Assembly (NCBI RefSeq): GCF_029945685.1
Contig: NZ_JAQSDA010000020.1
Location: 238,044 to 302,043, forward strand
Source: Polaromonas sp.
GTDB lineage: Bacteria > Pseudomonadota > Gammaproteobacteria > Burkholderiales > Burkholderiaceae_C
Reading direction: 5' to 3'
DNA: 64,000 nt
Shown: one piece after another, positions 63,200 through 64,000 of the stretch
How the letters are laid out: each line of letters begins with the position of its first letter
How positions within the stretch are numbered: position 1 is the stretch's first letter
Position numbers and translations under genes: made by a program
Notes under the pieces: generated by a model
What the model was told of the DNA's origin: nothing
Seen by the model: only the letters and a program-made list of their open reading frames with translations
The model's database searches: none

Positions 63200-64000
63200 G
63201 GGCCGCCACCGCAACCTGCCATGAAGAGTCAGCGCTTTCCCCCGCAGCGCCCGGCGCATGGGCCAGCGCCATCACCTCGCGCGGGTGCAGGTGCTTGAGC
63301 TTGTGGTCGCTCCAGACCTGGCGCCAGCGCCGCGAACCGGGCAGGCCGTGCCGCAGGCCGAGCATGTGGCGGGCGATCGTTGGCCAGGGCGTGCCGTGTT
63401 CCGCGAACGCCCCGGCCATGTAGTCGGCCATCTGCGCCTCGACGGACTCACGCGTCGCTTCGCCGGGCGCCGCGCCAAAAAAGCTCTCGTCCCAGGAGGC
63501 CAGCCACCAGGGGTTGTGGTAGGCCTCCCGCCCGACCATCACGCCGTCGAGTTCGCGCAATTGCGCCGCCACCTGTTCGCCGGTGGTGATGCCGCCGTTG
63601 ATGGCGATGGTGAGGTCGGAAAACTCCCGCTTGAGCCGGTGCACCATCTCGTAGCGCAGCGGCGGCACCTCGCGGTTTTCCTTCGGGCTCAGTCCCTTGA
63701 GCCAGGCATTGCGCGCATGCACGATGAAGGTGCTGCAGCCCGCCTCGCTGACCGTGCCGACAAAATCGCGCACGAAGTCATAACTTTCACCCTTGTCGAT
63801 GCCGATGCGGTGCTTGACGGTGACGGGCACCGTCACCACGTCGACCATGGCTTTCACGCAGTCGGCTACCAGTTGCGGCTCGGCCATCAGGCAGGCGCCG
63901 AAGGCACCGCGCTGCACACGCTCGCTGGGACAACCGCAATTGAGGTTGATTTCGTCGTAGCCCCATTGCTCACCGAGCCGGGCGCAGTGCGCCAGATCGG
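63192..64000 (-). CDS. dusA: tRNA-dihydrouridine synthase A, 3' part (runs off right edge)
   Basis: ..INLNCGCPSERVQRGAFGACLM..VTVKHRIGID..FIVHARNAWL. The frame is open to the window end, beyond the track start at 63917. Confidence 0.9.
   Translation of the reverse strand, partial: DLAHCARLGEQWGYDEINLNCGCPSERVQRGAFGACLMAEPQLVADCVKAMVDVVTVPVTVKHRIGIDKGESYDFVRDFVGTVSEAGCSTFIVHARNAWLKGLSPKENREVPPLRYEMVHRLKREFSDLTIAINGGITTGEQVAAQLRELDGVMVGREAYHNPWWLASWDESFFGAAPGEATRESVEAQMADYMAGAFAEHGTPWPTIARHMLGLRHGLPGSRRWRQVWSDHKLKHLHPREVMALAHAPGAAGESADSSWQVAVAAHV

Overview
GC-rich (about mid-60s % by eye) betaproteobacterial core chromosome, Burkholderiales/Comamonadaceae-like by gene order. There are about 55 protein genes, nearly all on the minus strand, in conserved housekeeping blocks. 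These are: carBA; rnhB-lpxB-lpxA-fabZ-lpxD-skp-bamA-rseP-dxr-cdsA-uppS-frr-pyrH-tsf-rpsB; dadA-like and nnr; yggT; rnr; rimO; phaR; relA; bdhA; dnaQ; a full isc operon (iscR-S-U-A-hscB-hscA-fdx); uvrB; a tyrB-like aminotransferase; phaZ; a korC-korA-korB-CBS 2-oxoacid oxidoreductase operon; one chemoreceptor; and a complete propionyl-CoA to succinyl-CoA module (mcm-meaB-pccB-pccA-cupin-epimerase, with a divergent GntR regulator). Three tRNAs are present (Leu-CAG, Val-GAC, Val-CAC). I see no transposase, integrase, phage gene, CRISPR array or recognisable defence or toxin system, so I cannot support a novel multi-gene system here. The unexplained signals are mostly at the DNA level. (1) A strand-biased 17-bp AT-rich quasi-palindrome (RCTMY-N7-ATAGC) occurs 12 times, inside genes in several reading frames and in spacers. 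(2) A ~95-nt GC-rich REP-like family has 4 copies, three of them abutting stop codons. (3) A 77-bp nested palindrome is inserted in frame in pccA. (4) The pccA 5' end is duplicated, creating an overlapping uORF, and a 17-nt inverted repeat encloses the real SD and ATG. (5) The chemoreceptor carries a C-terminal, predicted cytoplasmic Cache domain. (6) RNase R has conserved N-terminal coding sequence upstream of any canonical start codon. Many long ORFs in the supplied track are antisense artefacts of high GC content and were rejected.
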